Shown here piece by piece: positions 1-12,460 of a DNA stretch of 64,000 bases. The notes under the pieces are model-generated. The model saw only the letters and a program-made list of their open reading frames with translations, searched no databases and had not been told where the DNA came from. The position numbers were made by a program, and so were the translations under genes. The stretch is from Octopus sinensis (taxonomy: Eukaryota): positions 37,510,001 through 37,574,000 of the forward strand of contig NC_043013.1 in the NCBI RefSeq assembly GCF_006345805.1, read 5' to 3'. Numbering within the stretch: position 1 is the stretch's first letter; each line of letters begins with the position of its first letter.

Positions 1-190
1 ATCCACCAAAAACATTTAACATGCTACTTCATGCAGTGTCAACAGAATCTCAGTTTTCTTCCATTTATGACTGGGGTAGTTCCGGGATGATTACCATACA
101 CACAAACAGCGTGCGCATGCGCGAACACACACGCACACACATACGCCTTGTCAAATCTTTCGTTTGTAAAGTTTTTATTAAATCTTTGAT

Positions 191-250
191 ATCCTTAAAT
201 CCTTAAAAACGTTTTAGCCCGAAGGTCGCGGCTATGCTGGGGCACCACCG
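191..250 (-). mobile_element. Isolated 3' tail fragment of the SINE-A/LINE shared-tail type
   Basis: Reverse complement CGGTGGTGCCCCAGCATAGCCGCG...GCTAAAAC plus a short TTAAGGAT repeat resembles the GGTGCTCCAGCATGG...CTGAAAC tails of the SINE-A copies in this window. Confidence 0.45.
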
Positions 251-317
251 CTGATATATATAATATTTTATTATATCTATCTGTCTATCTACACATATAT
301 ATGTATATGGCTATATT

Positions 318-350
<33 letters not shown>

Positions 351-388
351 TATATATATATAATATATATAATATATATATATTATAT

Positions 389-1163
389 AAACTTTTGTGA
401 GTTGAATTAAGCAAACACTATATATGAGAGAGATTTTCTTTAAGTATTAGAATAGCTTAAAAAAGTTTTTTGGCTGCTATTTCTAATGAGTTCAGTATGC
501 GGCAAAGTAATATTTTTACTAAGCCTTTTATATAATGTAATAATTTGAATTCGCCTGAATGGTCCCTTTGCATACTGAACACTTGGTGAATTGATTAATA
601 ATAATTAATTTTGCCCTCAATTGTTGAAATTATAATTAATCTCCCTCTAATTAATGCTTCGGATTTTACCGAAATAAGCATAGTGTTGATGATTTTACCC
701 CGCTGGTGGAAAGGGGAGAAAACAGACTCTTCGCTTGCTATTTGAATTTGTTGGCACTGTTAGTTGGAAGCAGATCTTCGAAAGGGTATGTTCTTATTTT
801 CAGTGTTTCCAATCCAAACCAAGGAATTCTGAGCGATGATAGAAATGTTGTTTTGACTAATCTTGAAACGTACGTTCTCGAATAACCTTAGCATTTGATT
901 TTTCGATGTCCTTACCCCCAAACTTTTGTGAGTTGAATTAAGCAAACACTATTATGAGAGAGATTTTTTTTTAAGTATTAGAAATAGCTTTAAAAAAGTT
1001 TTTTGGCTGCTATTTCTAATGAGTTCAGTATGCGGCAAAGTAATTATTTTACTAAGCCCTTTTATATAATGTAATAATTTGAATTCGCCTTGAATGGTCC
1101 CTTTGCATACTGAAACTTGTGAAATTGATTAATAATTAATTAATTTTGCCCTCAATTGTTGAA
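389..1163. repeat. Partial tandem duplication: ~240-bp direct repeats (389-628 and 920-1163) around ~290 bp of unique sequence, inside a (TA)n tract
   Basis: Both copies run AAACTTTTGTGAGTTGAATTAAGC...GCCCTCAATTGTTGAA; offset ~531-535; differences are mostly homopolymer-length indels. Confidence 0.9.
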
Positions 1164-1182
1164 TATATATATATATATATAT

Positions 1183-1310
1183 ATACGACGGGCTTCTTAC
1201 AATTTCTGACTATCACATCCACTCACACATCAATCGCGGTGTCACGCAGCAGGATTGAACAGAGTAGCTTGTGGTGGTGAAACAAGTTTCTTACCATACA
1301 GCTACGCCTG
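1183..1310 (-). mobile_element. SINE-A 5' fragment, degenerate, broken at its internal (TA)n
   Basis: GACGGGCTTCTT and CTTACCATACAGCTACGCC match the head region of full copies at 6127-6520 and 49547-49948. Confidence 0.55.
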
Positions 1311-2060
1311 CGAAATAGTCTTATATATCAATATACTTGTATATATATATGTGTGTGTTGTGGGGGGCGGGATGTGTGTGTGTGTCCGTGTGTCTGTGTG
1401 TGTATGCTTGCGCTTGCATATGCGTAATGTACCAAACATAAATGCCCAACAAAAATGCCGAGCGAAAAACAAGAACGTAAACATGAAAAATAATGTTTAG
1501 TTGATAAAACAAAAACACAAAAAAGGACAGAGATAAGAATATCAATTGTTATATTGATATTATAATATTATCATTAAATATTTATGGTTAAACTTGTAAA
1601 ATATTTATTGTCGAATTTATGTGTAAAACCGAGGTATTTTTTATTGTTTGCTAAAAACAATGTTCAGTCTGTATGAAGAACAAAATTTCTATTTTCTGTT
1701 CATTAAAATGCTCACTTATTTCCATTGATGTTCATTCTGTGTGCAATTTATTAATTTATACTAATTTTCTTTATATTTGCAATGATTTACATTCTACGTG
1801 GGCATACTTATTAGGTATATTTAGGTGAGATTACGCCAGAGTATCTACGCAGGTACAAGAAAGTTTCGATGAGCAAATGTCTTGCGTGTAACCCCCAGAT
1901 TTTGCGAGTGGTTTGTCCGGGTACAAGTGACTAAATTACTTATTGTCGATGACTTCAGGGCAAGAAGAATCGCCCGCAATGTTTGATAGGAAGTTGTGTC
2001 TTGGCGAGGGAACAAAAAAAAATACAGGCCACTAAATTTAACGCTGCGAGAAACACTAAT

Positions 2061-2519
2061 ACCACAGATTTGCTTGTCAGTTGTTTGACCTTAACCAGTT
2101 GAGCATATCGCTTAGTGGCTGACGATATGTGCATCTCTGATCACGAGCAGAAGTAGTGGGGGAGCATCATAGCCATGTGTTGAGAGGGATTCTTTGGGGT
2201 TTGAATAATTCACCTCTGGAAACATGGGTGGTTCTTTCAACATCCTTAAACAACCCTTATTCAGGGACCTTTTGAGCGGGATGGGCTACTCAACCTGAAG
2301 AAAATTCTAACTGGGCCCCACCTGCAAGGTCATGTGCTGTTTATCTTGATATGAGATCACCATGTCGCGCACATATGGTTGTGATGCATGTGCCTGGTGT
2401 ACCTTTATCAGACGGGTAGTCATGATGGGTATACTGGGCTTCGTATATTTTACCCCAGTGTCACTTTGATGGCATGCACTGCTCTCTCACTCAATAATAA
2501 TAATAATAATAACAATAAT
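2061..2519. mobile_element. Probable non-LTR retroposon terminal fragment abutting (AAT)n
   Basis: GC-richer non-coding block ending directly in an (AAT)n run. Only one copy in the window, so repeat status and orientation are inferred. Confidence 0.35.
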
Positions 2520-2527
2520 AATATATG

Positions 2528-2597
<70 letters not shown>

Positions 2598-2747
2598 CAT
2601 ACATACATACATACATGCTTATATAATAGGGTATCTAAGAGATACTACCAGGCTAGAAATAGCAGTCAAAACTTGACTCTAATACCACATTAAATGTTCA
2701 TACAGCACCAGGGTATATCTTATGTTGTATATATATATATATATATA

Positions 2748-2800
<53 letters not shown>

Positions 2801-2836
2801 TGTGTGTGTGTTTATATTCATGTGCTTACTGAATAT

Positions 2837-2895
2837 ATTCCACTGATGAAGGCAGAGAATTTGTTAGGCAGAGTCAGAAATCCAGGATCTGGAAT
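2837..2895 (+). ncRNA. Minimal type-I hammerhead ribozyme candidate
   Basis: Stem I ATTCCA(2837-42)/TGGAAT(2890-95) 6 bp perfect; CTGATGA 2843-49; GAAA 2877-80; quasi-palindromic stem III ATCC-A-GGAT; cleavage triplet AUC (after 2889); stem II weak (G-C, G.U, C-G with a flanking A on each side). Confidence 0.6.
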
Positions 2896-3991
2896 TATCC
2901 AGTAATTTTTTTCTTGTTTTTTTCTTTTGTCTCTTTGTCTTTTCTCCTGATGCTGTGTGAACATTGAGTGTGGTTTTAGATTCAAGTTTTTACTGCTATT
3001 TCCAGCGTGTTGGTATCTCTTCGATACCCTAAACTATAATTTTGAAATAATTATTACCTTTGAAGGTTTTTATTTTCGTGCTGGCCACCTGATAAGATCG
3101 GTATTTAAATATCAATCTTTTCCTTATTTATATATACTTACATATATATATATATAGATGAAGATACATAAATGTGTACGTCTGTCTATATGTATTTTTA
3201 TGCACATACGCAGACTCTATGTATATATAGAGTGTTAGAGAGATAAAACAGATAGATAATAGATATAAATATATACATATGAATGCATATATAACGTAAG
3301 TGCACTATAGATGTATAGACGTGTGTGCGTGCGAGTGTTTGTTTTAAATGTGCTTCTGGAACAGACTTGCTTCATCATCTTCTTCTTCTTTCAAGCTCTC
3401 AGTTATGTTTCCGGCACTTAAATCAATGCGTATAATGTACTTGCACACTTCCAATTCACCCTCAAGGCAATTCTGATCACAACTCATCATGATCTTCCCA
3501 CGTATGTTAAAGAAAATTAAACATCTCCCTCACCCCCGTTGCTCAGCCGCTACAACACTCTCTCTCTCTCTCTCTCTGTCTCCCGTCTCGCTGTTTCTCT
3601 CTGTTTCTTTACCCCTCTCTCTCTATCTCTCTCTCTCTCTCACTCTCTCTCTCTATCTATCTATCTATCTATCTATCTCTCTCATCTTCCACAGTCACTC
3701 ACACCAAACACACTGCCTCGTTCTCTTACGTATATTAAACTTTATAGACTTTCGAAAATATATAAATTAAAAATGCGAACGATGCTCTTATAATTATCGT
3801 GATCGGTTATGATGATCATGACCATCGTTATGACTATTATCTACTCCATTATCATAATCATTCCTCATGACGGTCATCATCAACATCATCATTATCATCA
3901 TAATTGTGTATTTTGTCATCATAACTTTACCAACATTTATTCACGTGCTATTCTAGAAAGTTCTTTGTGCTGTCTTTTTTGTTGTTGTTGC

Positions 3992-4490
3992 TCTTCTACC
4001 TCTTCTTCTTCTTCTTCTTCTTCTTCTTCTTCTTCTTCTTCTTCTTCTTCTTCTTCTTCTTTTTCTTTTTCTTCTTGTTCTTGTTCTTGTTGTTCTTCTT
4101 CTACTACTACTATTTCTGTCTTCGTCTTCTCCTTTCTTCATCTTCTTTCTTCTTCTTTCTTCTTCTTCTTTCTTCTTCCATTTCTTCTTCTTCTTCTTCT
4201 TCTTCTTCTTCTCCCCCTTCTCCATCTCCTCGACCTCGTCCCCGTCCTCTTCTTCTTCTTCTCTTCTTCTTCTTCTTTTTCTTCATTTCCTTCATCTTCC
4301 TGTTCTTTCTCTTCTTCATTTTCTCTTCCTTCTCCCATCCTTTTCTCCTCTTACTCGTCCTCCTCATCCTCTTTTTCTTCTTCGTCTTCTTCTTCTTCCC
4401 CGCCTCCATTTTGGTTTATTTATTTTTGCTCCTTGATATTGCTCTTGTTCTTGCCGCCGCCGCCGCTGTCGTCGTAGCTTACGTCACCTT
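3992..4490. repeat. Compound (CTT)n/(TCT)n microsatellite
   Basis: Direct reading; source of the poly-S/F/L/K/E ORFs. Confidence 0.95.
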
Positions 4491-4561
4491 TGCATACTGA
4501 TTAAAAGTATTAGAACAAGGCTGAGATATGGTTGTGTATTCATGTCTCTTTGTATGTGTGC

Positions 4562-4757
4562 GTGTGTGTTATGTTTGTCCTCCAATAACGTTCGATCGCT
4601 GATGTTGGTTTGTTTACGTCTCCGTAGCATCGCCGATTCGCACAATATAGAATTTAAAAAACCGACTTAAGAAATAAATACATACCGGGGTCAAGCTTTT
4701 TGAGTAAAACCCTAGGAGTCGGTGCTCCAGCAGGGCCGCAGTTCAATGCATAAAATA
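4562..4757 (+). mobile_element. SINE-A 3' half, old and degenerate
   Basis: GTTTACGTCTCCGTA and GGTGCTCCAGCAGGGCCGCAGTT match the SINE-A body and tail. Confidence 0.55.
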
Positions 4758-4846
4758 ATACAGATGATGTCCATCATAATCGCCGTTGTCATCATCACAA
4801 CCATAAACTACAACAAAAATAACAGCCACAAAATGAACAACAACAA

Positions 4847-4881
<35 letters not shown>

Positions 4882-5088
4882 ACAACAGCAACAACACCAT
4901 CATGGTCATGATTATCAGCTTCATTATCATAATCCTAATGATATTTTAAACTCTTTCTTATCAGTCTCACCTCACGGGGATGTGTACCCGGTATTCCCCG
5001 AAATGTGTAGAGAAGTGTTTTGTTGGAGAGGCAACACTGTTTGTGTATTACATAAGTTCTCCTTTATTGCAGTATTTGCTTGTCTCAA

Positions 5089-5321
5089 GGCGGCGAACCG
5101 GCAGAAACGTTAGCACGCCGGATGAAATACTTAGCGGTATTTCTTCTGCCACTACGATCTGAGTTCAAATTCCGCCGAGGTCGACTTTGCCTCTCATCCT
5201 TTCGGGGTCGATAAATTAAGTACCAGTTACGCACTGGAGTCGATGTAATCGACTTAATCCGTTTATCTGTCCTTGTTTGTCCCTTCTGTGTTCAGCTCTT
5301 TTTAGGTAGTAAAGAAATAGG
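5089..5321 (+). mobile_element. SINE-B monomer (tRNA-like head, tail X)
   Basis: GGCGGCGAACCGGCAGAAACGTTAGCACGCC head, B-box-like GAGTTCAAATTCC, core GTCGACTTTGCC-TCATCCTTTCGGGGTCGATAAATTAAGTACCAG; many near-identical copies in the window. Confidence 0.9.
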
Positions 5322-5416
5322 TGTCCTAAATTAATTTTGGTGTCTCATGAATACAGAAGAAATAATGTGAAGGAATTTCATTAATATTGCTTAGAAATGG
5401 CATTCTTCTCTTTCAG

Positions 5417-5655
5417 AAATGCCTTGGGTCACTCGTGATATCTTCATGCAAGGTATTAGATTACTGGACATCCTGAATACCAAAGAAGATCGTATTTCTC
5501 TAGTAACAAGAATAATCCTTACTTCTATAAGCACAAATCCTGAAATTTTGAAGTTGGGGACTTGTGCATTACATGGAACCGAGTGTTTCATTAGTAATTA
5601 TGAAATCGTCACTTTCAGGGACGATAAAATGGTTATTGCTCATGAACTGGGATAA
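5417..5655 (+). CDS. Candidate exon or pseudo-exon of a reprolysin-type (M12B, ADAM/ADAMTS-like) zinc metalloprotease
   Basis: Acceptor TTCTTCTCTTTCAG|5417; 78 open codons ending ...DRISLVTR...LGTCALHGTEC...EIVTFRDDKMVIAHELG then TAA. The end reads CTGG-GATAAGT, one base from a phase-1 GTAAGT donor. No other exon of the gene is confidently found. Confidence 0.4.
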
Positions 5656-5789
5656 GTCGAACTTGGCGGCTTGTGATCAGAAGAAATGCTACGAAACAAT
5701 TTTTTGGAAACGCAATAATGAATCTACCACGTCGCCACCTAAATAATACTGCTTTCAAAATTTGCCATAAAGTCAGCGAGTTCGGGGAA

Positions 5790-5922
5790 GAAAGTTAGTC
5801 GATAACATCGTCTCTAGTACTCAACTGGTATTTATTTTTTTCGACCGTGAAACGATGAAATCCAAAGTTGGCCTCAGTGGAAATTGAACTCAGAACAAAG
5901 AGACGGACGAAATGCCGATGAG
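5790..5922 (-). mobile_element. SINE-B, degenerate partial
   Basis: GAAATTGAACTCAGAAC..AGACGGACGAAATGCCG matches the reverse complement of the SINE-B head and core. Confidence 0.65.
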
Positions 5923-6126
5923 CAACGTAATATGCTCATTTAAGTATAACTACCTATCAGAGCATAGCGTACGTGCTGACTTACTAACGGAGTGACAAGC
6001 AGAAATATACGTCATTATTTTAATGTCATTGATTTAACGTAATAGGTTTTATTTTCTGTACAACTGTTTAGTTGTAATTTTTAGCAGTCACCCCTGTAAA
6101 TATTCCTTTCTTGGTTAAAAGGTTAC

Positions 6127-6520
6127 ACTTTTACTCTTTTACTTGTTTCAGTCATTTGACTGCGGCCATGCTGGAGCACGGCCTTTAGCCGAGCAAATCG
6201 ACCACAGGACTTCTTCTTTTGAAGCCTAGTACTTATTCTATCGGTCTCTTATGCCGAACCGCTAAGTTACGGGGACGTAAACACACCAACATCGGTTGTC
6301 AAGTGATATTGGGGGGGACAAACACAGACACACGAACATATACACACATATGCATATATATATATATATATTCATATATATAGAGATGGGCTTCTTTCAG
6401 TTTCCGTCTACCAAATCCACTCACTTGGCTATAGTAGAAGACACTTGCCCAAGGTGCTACGCAGTGGGAATGAACCCGGAACTATGTGGTTGGTAAGCAA
6501 GCTACTTACTACACAGCCAT
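6127..6520 (-). mobile_element. SINE-A, full length (tRNA-derived head, internal (TA/TG)n, AGTAAAAG-repeat tail)
   Basis: Minus-strand head TGGCTGTGTAGTAAG...GGTTCATTCCC (A/B-box-like); body CGGTTCGGCATAAGAGACCGATAGAATAAGTACTAGGC; tail GACTGAAACAAGTAAAAGAGT; matches 49547-49948. Confidence 0.9.
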
Positions 6521-7752
6521 TTGCATCTATGTAAATAACAAATTCGTAGCCTGCACATACCCTATAAAACATTTTGATATATCTAACGCATCGTATATAA
6601 CGAGATTATGAAATGCTTTCTAAAATTAAATGCAAACACGTTACTTCATTCGTATTATTTTTAAGCAAGATTAGATTTTTTTCTCCCTATTAATCAATAT
6701 TTGACCTTTGCATTTTTCTGACAGTGTTATTTGTAGGTCCACTTTATTTATTTATTTATTTATTTTTTCCTGTTTGTATTGGAGGTGGCGGTTGGTGGGG
6801 GTGGCGCAGTTTTGCTATTCATGCAATAAGTTATTTTTACATGTTCAGAATTGTAAAACATGTTTACATGTTTACACTTTTACGAAAACACCTAAATATT
6901 TTACAAACAGCCTAAAGCTAATGTAAAGTGTAGGGCGAGGTGGATGAGAGGGTCTGCTACGAAATGCGATAATCTCGATGTTTGTAAACTGAATTTTTTT
7001 GTTGTTGTTGTTGTTTCTTACGCGAGTAGCGCCTGTAAAACGAGTGATATTGTTGAAGTGTTTTTTTTTTGGCTTTTCCTTTTTTTTATGTGTGAAATGA
7101 TTTTAGTTAACACAAACTACAATACATTAAGTCATTACGTCCATGTTATTATTTTTCACAATCATAACATTGTAAAACTCAATATAGATTGAAGAGCTAT
7201 ACATTTTATCAGACTCTGGGGATTATTAGGAAATCTTCACACTTTAATGTCAATTCAATTAATTGCTCTTTGGGATTGCACCGACGTTTCTCTTATTGAT
7301 TCGTTCCCCTCTACATACTACTCACGTAAATTCTTTATTAAACATTCCTCAACTTAATATATATCTTGCGTCCAAAAGCTTCCATTTTGTCATTTAGTTT
7401 CAGATTTGTTTGCATATTACGTCGTTGTTGATGGTATTTGATTATTTATTTATTATACATATTTATTTTGTTCTTTTAAATCATTAAACCGTTTAGCTTG
7501 TTCAGATTGTTTACCAAGCTGATGAATATTTGTATGTTCTATCTGGTTATTTGCTTCCTCTATATACAGCTTTAATTATTTTCGCTCGTTCTGTGCTTGG
7601 TTTATAAATTTATACCTAGTGATATAAATAACATGAGATACGTCATTCGTTATTCAAGACTTCAAGAGTATTATTTCAAGTTTTATTTTAACAGCATAGC
7701 AACATCGTCTAATTGTGCCGTTCTGTTTCATTCTATATACATACATACATAT

Positions 7753-7787
<35 letters not shown>

Positions 7788-9149
7788 GACTATAAATATA
7801 TATATTATAGGCATATATATACATACATATACATACTTACACACGCACGGGCACACACACAAACATACATATATCTATATAAGAATATATATATATATCA
7901 TAGGCATATATATGTGTACATATACATAATTACACGTTCACATGCACATACATACACACACAATACACACACATACTCACACATATATATTTGTATATGA
8001 CTATAAATATGTATATATATTATGTTATATTATAGGCATATATGGGTACATATACATACTTACACACACATACACACACACTCACACACTCATATATTTA
8101 TATATGAATATATATATATATTATAGGCATATATATGTGTACATATACATACACACGCACAAGCATACTCATGCAAATATATATATATATATAATGTCGC
8201 TGACGAGTTGTTTTATACAGACATATCCCATACGTATGTTGTAATTTGTCCGAATGCATAAGTTGTAATTTCTCCGAATACATCTTCAATCAGATGTTGG
8301 TGTGATTGATTCATTCACCCATGCGCGTCCACAAAAAAACCAACACTCATTCAAACACGGATATAAACACACAATTATATAGATATAAATATATATTATA
8401 TGTTTGTGTGTATGTTTATGCGTGTGTGTGCGTACATATATACGTGCGCGCGCGTGTAATTCTCCGTACGTATTTAGAGATATTGGTATGTATTGCAAAT
8501 TTCAAACTTGTGTGTCCCTGGCACAGTTTCCATTGATGCTAGAAATATGACGGTTTGAGATTTTAAAAGGAAAGAGAATGGTCGATTCTATTAATCCTAG
8601 TATTTCACTAATTACCTTATTTCTGAACGTCGGTTTTAATTTATCCAAATCTGTTTTATTTTATTGAACACAGAAACGAAAGAGCTATCCTAATAACTCA
8701 CATTCATGCACATCCATCTCTGAATCCGATTTCATATGAAAATAAGCATTATATGAACGGAGGATTGGAGTAAACATTGTATTCTGATGCACAAGTTATG
8801 TTCATTGAATACACTTCGTATACCATCTTATTTTCAAACTTTCCTGAAATAACCGCAACACAACGTTTGGAAAATTCTGAATAAAATTGTATGTATGTGC
8901 ATGTATTCAGACACTAATATGTTAAATATGTCTGAGTGTATTATATTATTAAATTATTAAACCACTCTATCAACACAAACTAAAAAATTTTCAGCAGAAA
9001 ATAAATAAAAATCATGTCTCCAAAGAACGTTCCTTGACTTTACTATTCATTTCTTCAAAACAAATTAACAATAAGTAATTTTTAAAGCAAGTTAATAGAT
9101 TATATATTTTTATTGATAAGATTAAGCTGTCGCTAACATTTTAAAGTAT

Positions 9150-9470
9150 ATTCACTCAAAGTAACCTATATATTGTGATAGATTTAGAACAAATGTCTTC
9201 AGAAAGTTAGTCTCGATGAATTCCACTTCATTTCTTCAAAGCTTCATATATATTCTGAAATAACTTTGGATAATTGTTCTTGATCCATTTTCAATGACAG
9301 CTATTCAGGTTCTTCATCAATCTCGCAGCTAGCAAGAATAAAGAACATTCTCCTTAGATTTACAAAAGACTTAATATATTGTTGTATAGCCAAGGTAATC
9401 TATAACTTTTGACCTCGACAATGTCGTAATATATTTTCTGAAGAAGATATTTAGCAGTCGAGACAATTGA
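9150..9470 (-). pseudogene. Possible decayed hAT-family transposase fragment
   Basis: Minus-strand frame ILRHCRGQ (CRGQSY with a 1-nt shift) resembles the CRGQxYD motif of Ac-group transposases; several stops follow. Confidence 0.25.
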
Positions 9471-9689
9471 CAATTCTTAACTCTGTAAGCAGTTTCATAC
9501 ACTTACCTGTGTGTATATATGCGCATATATGAGTTTTTTTATAAGTTTATATCTCTCTGTCCGTCTAACTATCTATGCATACATCTATCTAATTCTATTC
9601 ACAAACACACTCATACTCTGTGTGTGTGCGTGTATGTGTGTGTGGATGGGTGCATGCATATCTCCTCTACTCTCTTTTAGTATGTGTGC

Positions 9690-9727
<38 letters not shown>

Positions 9728-9767
9728 GTATACACATAAAAAAATCTTGCACATCAAATATATAAAC

Positions 9768-9856
<89 letters not shown>

Positions 9857-10348
9857 CGTGTATGTATATATGCATTCAAAGAAAGATAGAGAAAAAGAGA
9901 GAGGAACGGAGAGAAAGAAAGATTAATGTAGGTTCTGACCGGGTAAAAATCCATGTGCTTCCAAAGTAGAAGGGAAACTGAACACTTGGACATCCAGGAT
10001 CTCGATTTGTAATTTGGAGTAAAAATTGAAAGTTCACTGGTGCAGAAATGCTAGGTACGTGTCCGGTAAAACAAATATGTGATTCTTACAAATAATAATT
10101 CTTTGTACGACAGGCAGAACGCTTGGAATTTTATGCTATAAGAGCTATTAAACGAATCGGTCCTAGTACTCAAATGGTGCTTATTTCATCGATCCCGGAA
10201 GGATAGAATGGTAATTCGAGTCGGAGCAGAAACCGCAGGCATTTTGTCTGTCGTTGCAAACTATTCCGCCCGTACATCACCCTATATAATCCAAATCATA
10301 GTAAGAAGGTATTTAGCACATATTCATTATAATTTGTTACAATACTAA

Positions 10349-10928
10349 GGCGGCGAGCTGGCAGAAACGTTAGCACGCCGGGCGAAATGCGTAGCCGTAT
10401 TTCGTCTGCCGCTACGTTCTGAGTTCATATTTCGCCGAGGTCGACTTTGCCTTTCATCCTTCCAAGGTCGATTAATTAAGTACCATTTACGTACTGGGGT
10501 CTATGTAATCGACTTAATCCCTCTGCCTGTCCTTGTTTGTCCCCTCTATGTTTAGCCCCTTGTGGGCAATAAAAAATAAGAAACATTTGCACGCCGGGCG
10601 AAAAGTTTAGTAGTCGACTTTGCTTTTTGTCCTTTCAGGGTCAATAAATTAAGTACAATACTGGGGTCGATGTAATCGACTGGCCCCACTACCCCACAAT
10701 TTTGGGCCTTGTACCTAGAGTAGAAAAGAATCGTTAGCACGTCGGCCGAAATGTTTAACAGTATTTCATCTGTCTTAACGTTCTGAGTTCAAATGCCGCT
10801 GGGGTCTATTTTGCCTTTTATCCTTTCGGGTTCGATAAATTAAGAACCAGTTACGCACTGGAGTCAATCTAATCGACTGGTCCCCTCTCTCAAAATTTCA
10901 GGCCTTGTGCCTATAGTAGAAAAGATTA
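10349..10928 (+). mobile_element. SINE-B head-to-tail trimer (tail X, tail Y, tail Y)
   Basis: Three consecutive cores with junctions near 10578 and 10730; the middle unit is internally deleted. Confidence 0.85.
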
Positions 10929-11660
10929 TTAGTTGCAATAATTTAGGTGCGGTACATTTGCAGTTGATTACCTTAGATTAGCATTTTGTCACACTTGCAC
11001 AGAAAGGTACATCTTGCCGCATTATGTAAAAGCGTATTTTTTGTTTTTTGGTGCAAGTCTGATTAAGAGTTGTCTATCGGACTATATTAGGTAATGTTTT
11101 TCCGTCTTTGATACAGTAGCATTTGGATTGAGGTAAAATTATCTACCAACATACATGTTTTATTCCTGGCTCACATGTAAATGGTACTTGAAAACAGGTT
11201 TAACCTAATGGCATAAAAAATTGTTATGTTCCAGAAATTATGAATCCTGTATACAAGAAAAACAATTTTTTATTCATGAAGAAAATGAAATATAAACTGA
11301 TATATTATTATTTCGATGGATTCAGTGGTACTATCCAGGTATCGAAACTACGGTGATAAGAGTTTGGTAGCTGGTGTTATGATTGTGGATTTCCTTATCT
11401 CAGTTTCGTTCTTCTGAGTTGTATTCTTAGTAAAGGAGAAAGAGTTTATGGATTCATGATTTGTACAGTTACTCGCAATATTATTGGTTGTTTTGCCTAT
11501 TTTATAGCCTAATTAAGCTTAGATAATGGTTAGAAATATTATACATGTTACGAAATCCTTACTAGCGTGCTTGTGTGTATAAATGCATAACTGGCAAGAT
11601 TCATGAGTGCATCATTATACGCCTATACCAATACTATTTGTGTATGGGATGGTTATATCA

Positions 11661-11845
11661 TATTTCTTTACTACCCACAAGGGGCTACACACAGAGGGGA
11701 CAAACAAGGACAGACAAATGGATTAGGTCGATTATATCGACCCCCAGTGCATAACTGGTACTTATTTAAATCGACCCCAAAAGGATGAAAGGGAGAGTCG
11801 ACCTCGGCGGAATTTGGACTCAGAACAATGAGCGGCAGACGAAAT
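11661..11845 (-). mobile_element. SINE-B, 5'-truncated, tail X
   Basis: TATTTCTTTACTACCCACAAGGGGC...GTCGACCTCGGCGGAATTTG matches other copies. Confidence 0.9.
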
Positions 11846-12000
11846 GGGATGGTTATTTCAAATGCGAACATGTGTTTTCAAATACATATTTCTTTCCCTA
11901 CTTATATGTATCTGCAATTGCGCGCGCACACAGACCTCTCCCCGCACACACAAAGAATATATATATATATATATATATATTATATACTTTAGATAGACAT

Positions 12001-12031
<31 letters not shown>

Positions 12032-12032
12032 T

Positions 12033-12460
<428 letters not shown>

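Noticed and set aside
10349-10928. Repeat-spacer-like arrays as CRISPR
   Set aside because: Units are ~150-230-bp SINE copies dispersed through eukaryotic DNA; no short repeats with unique spacers and no cas genes.
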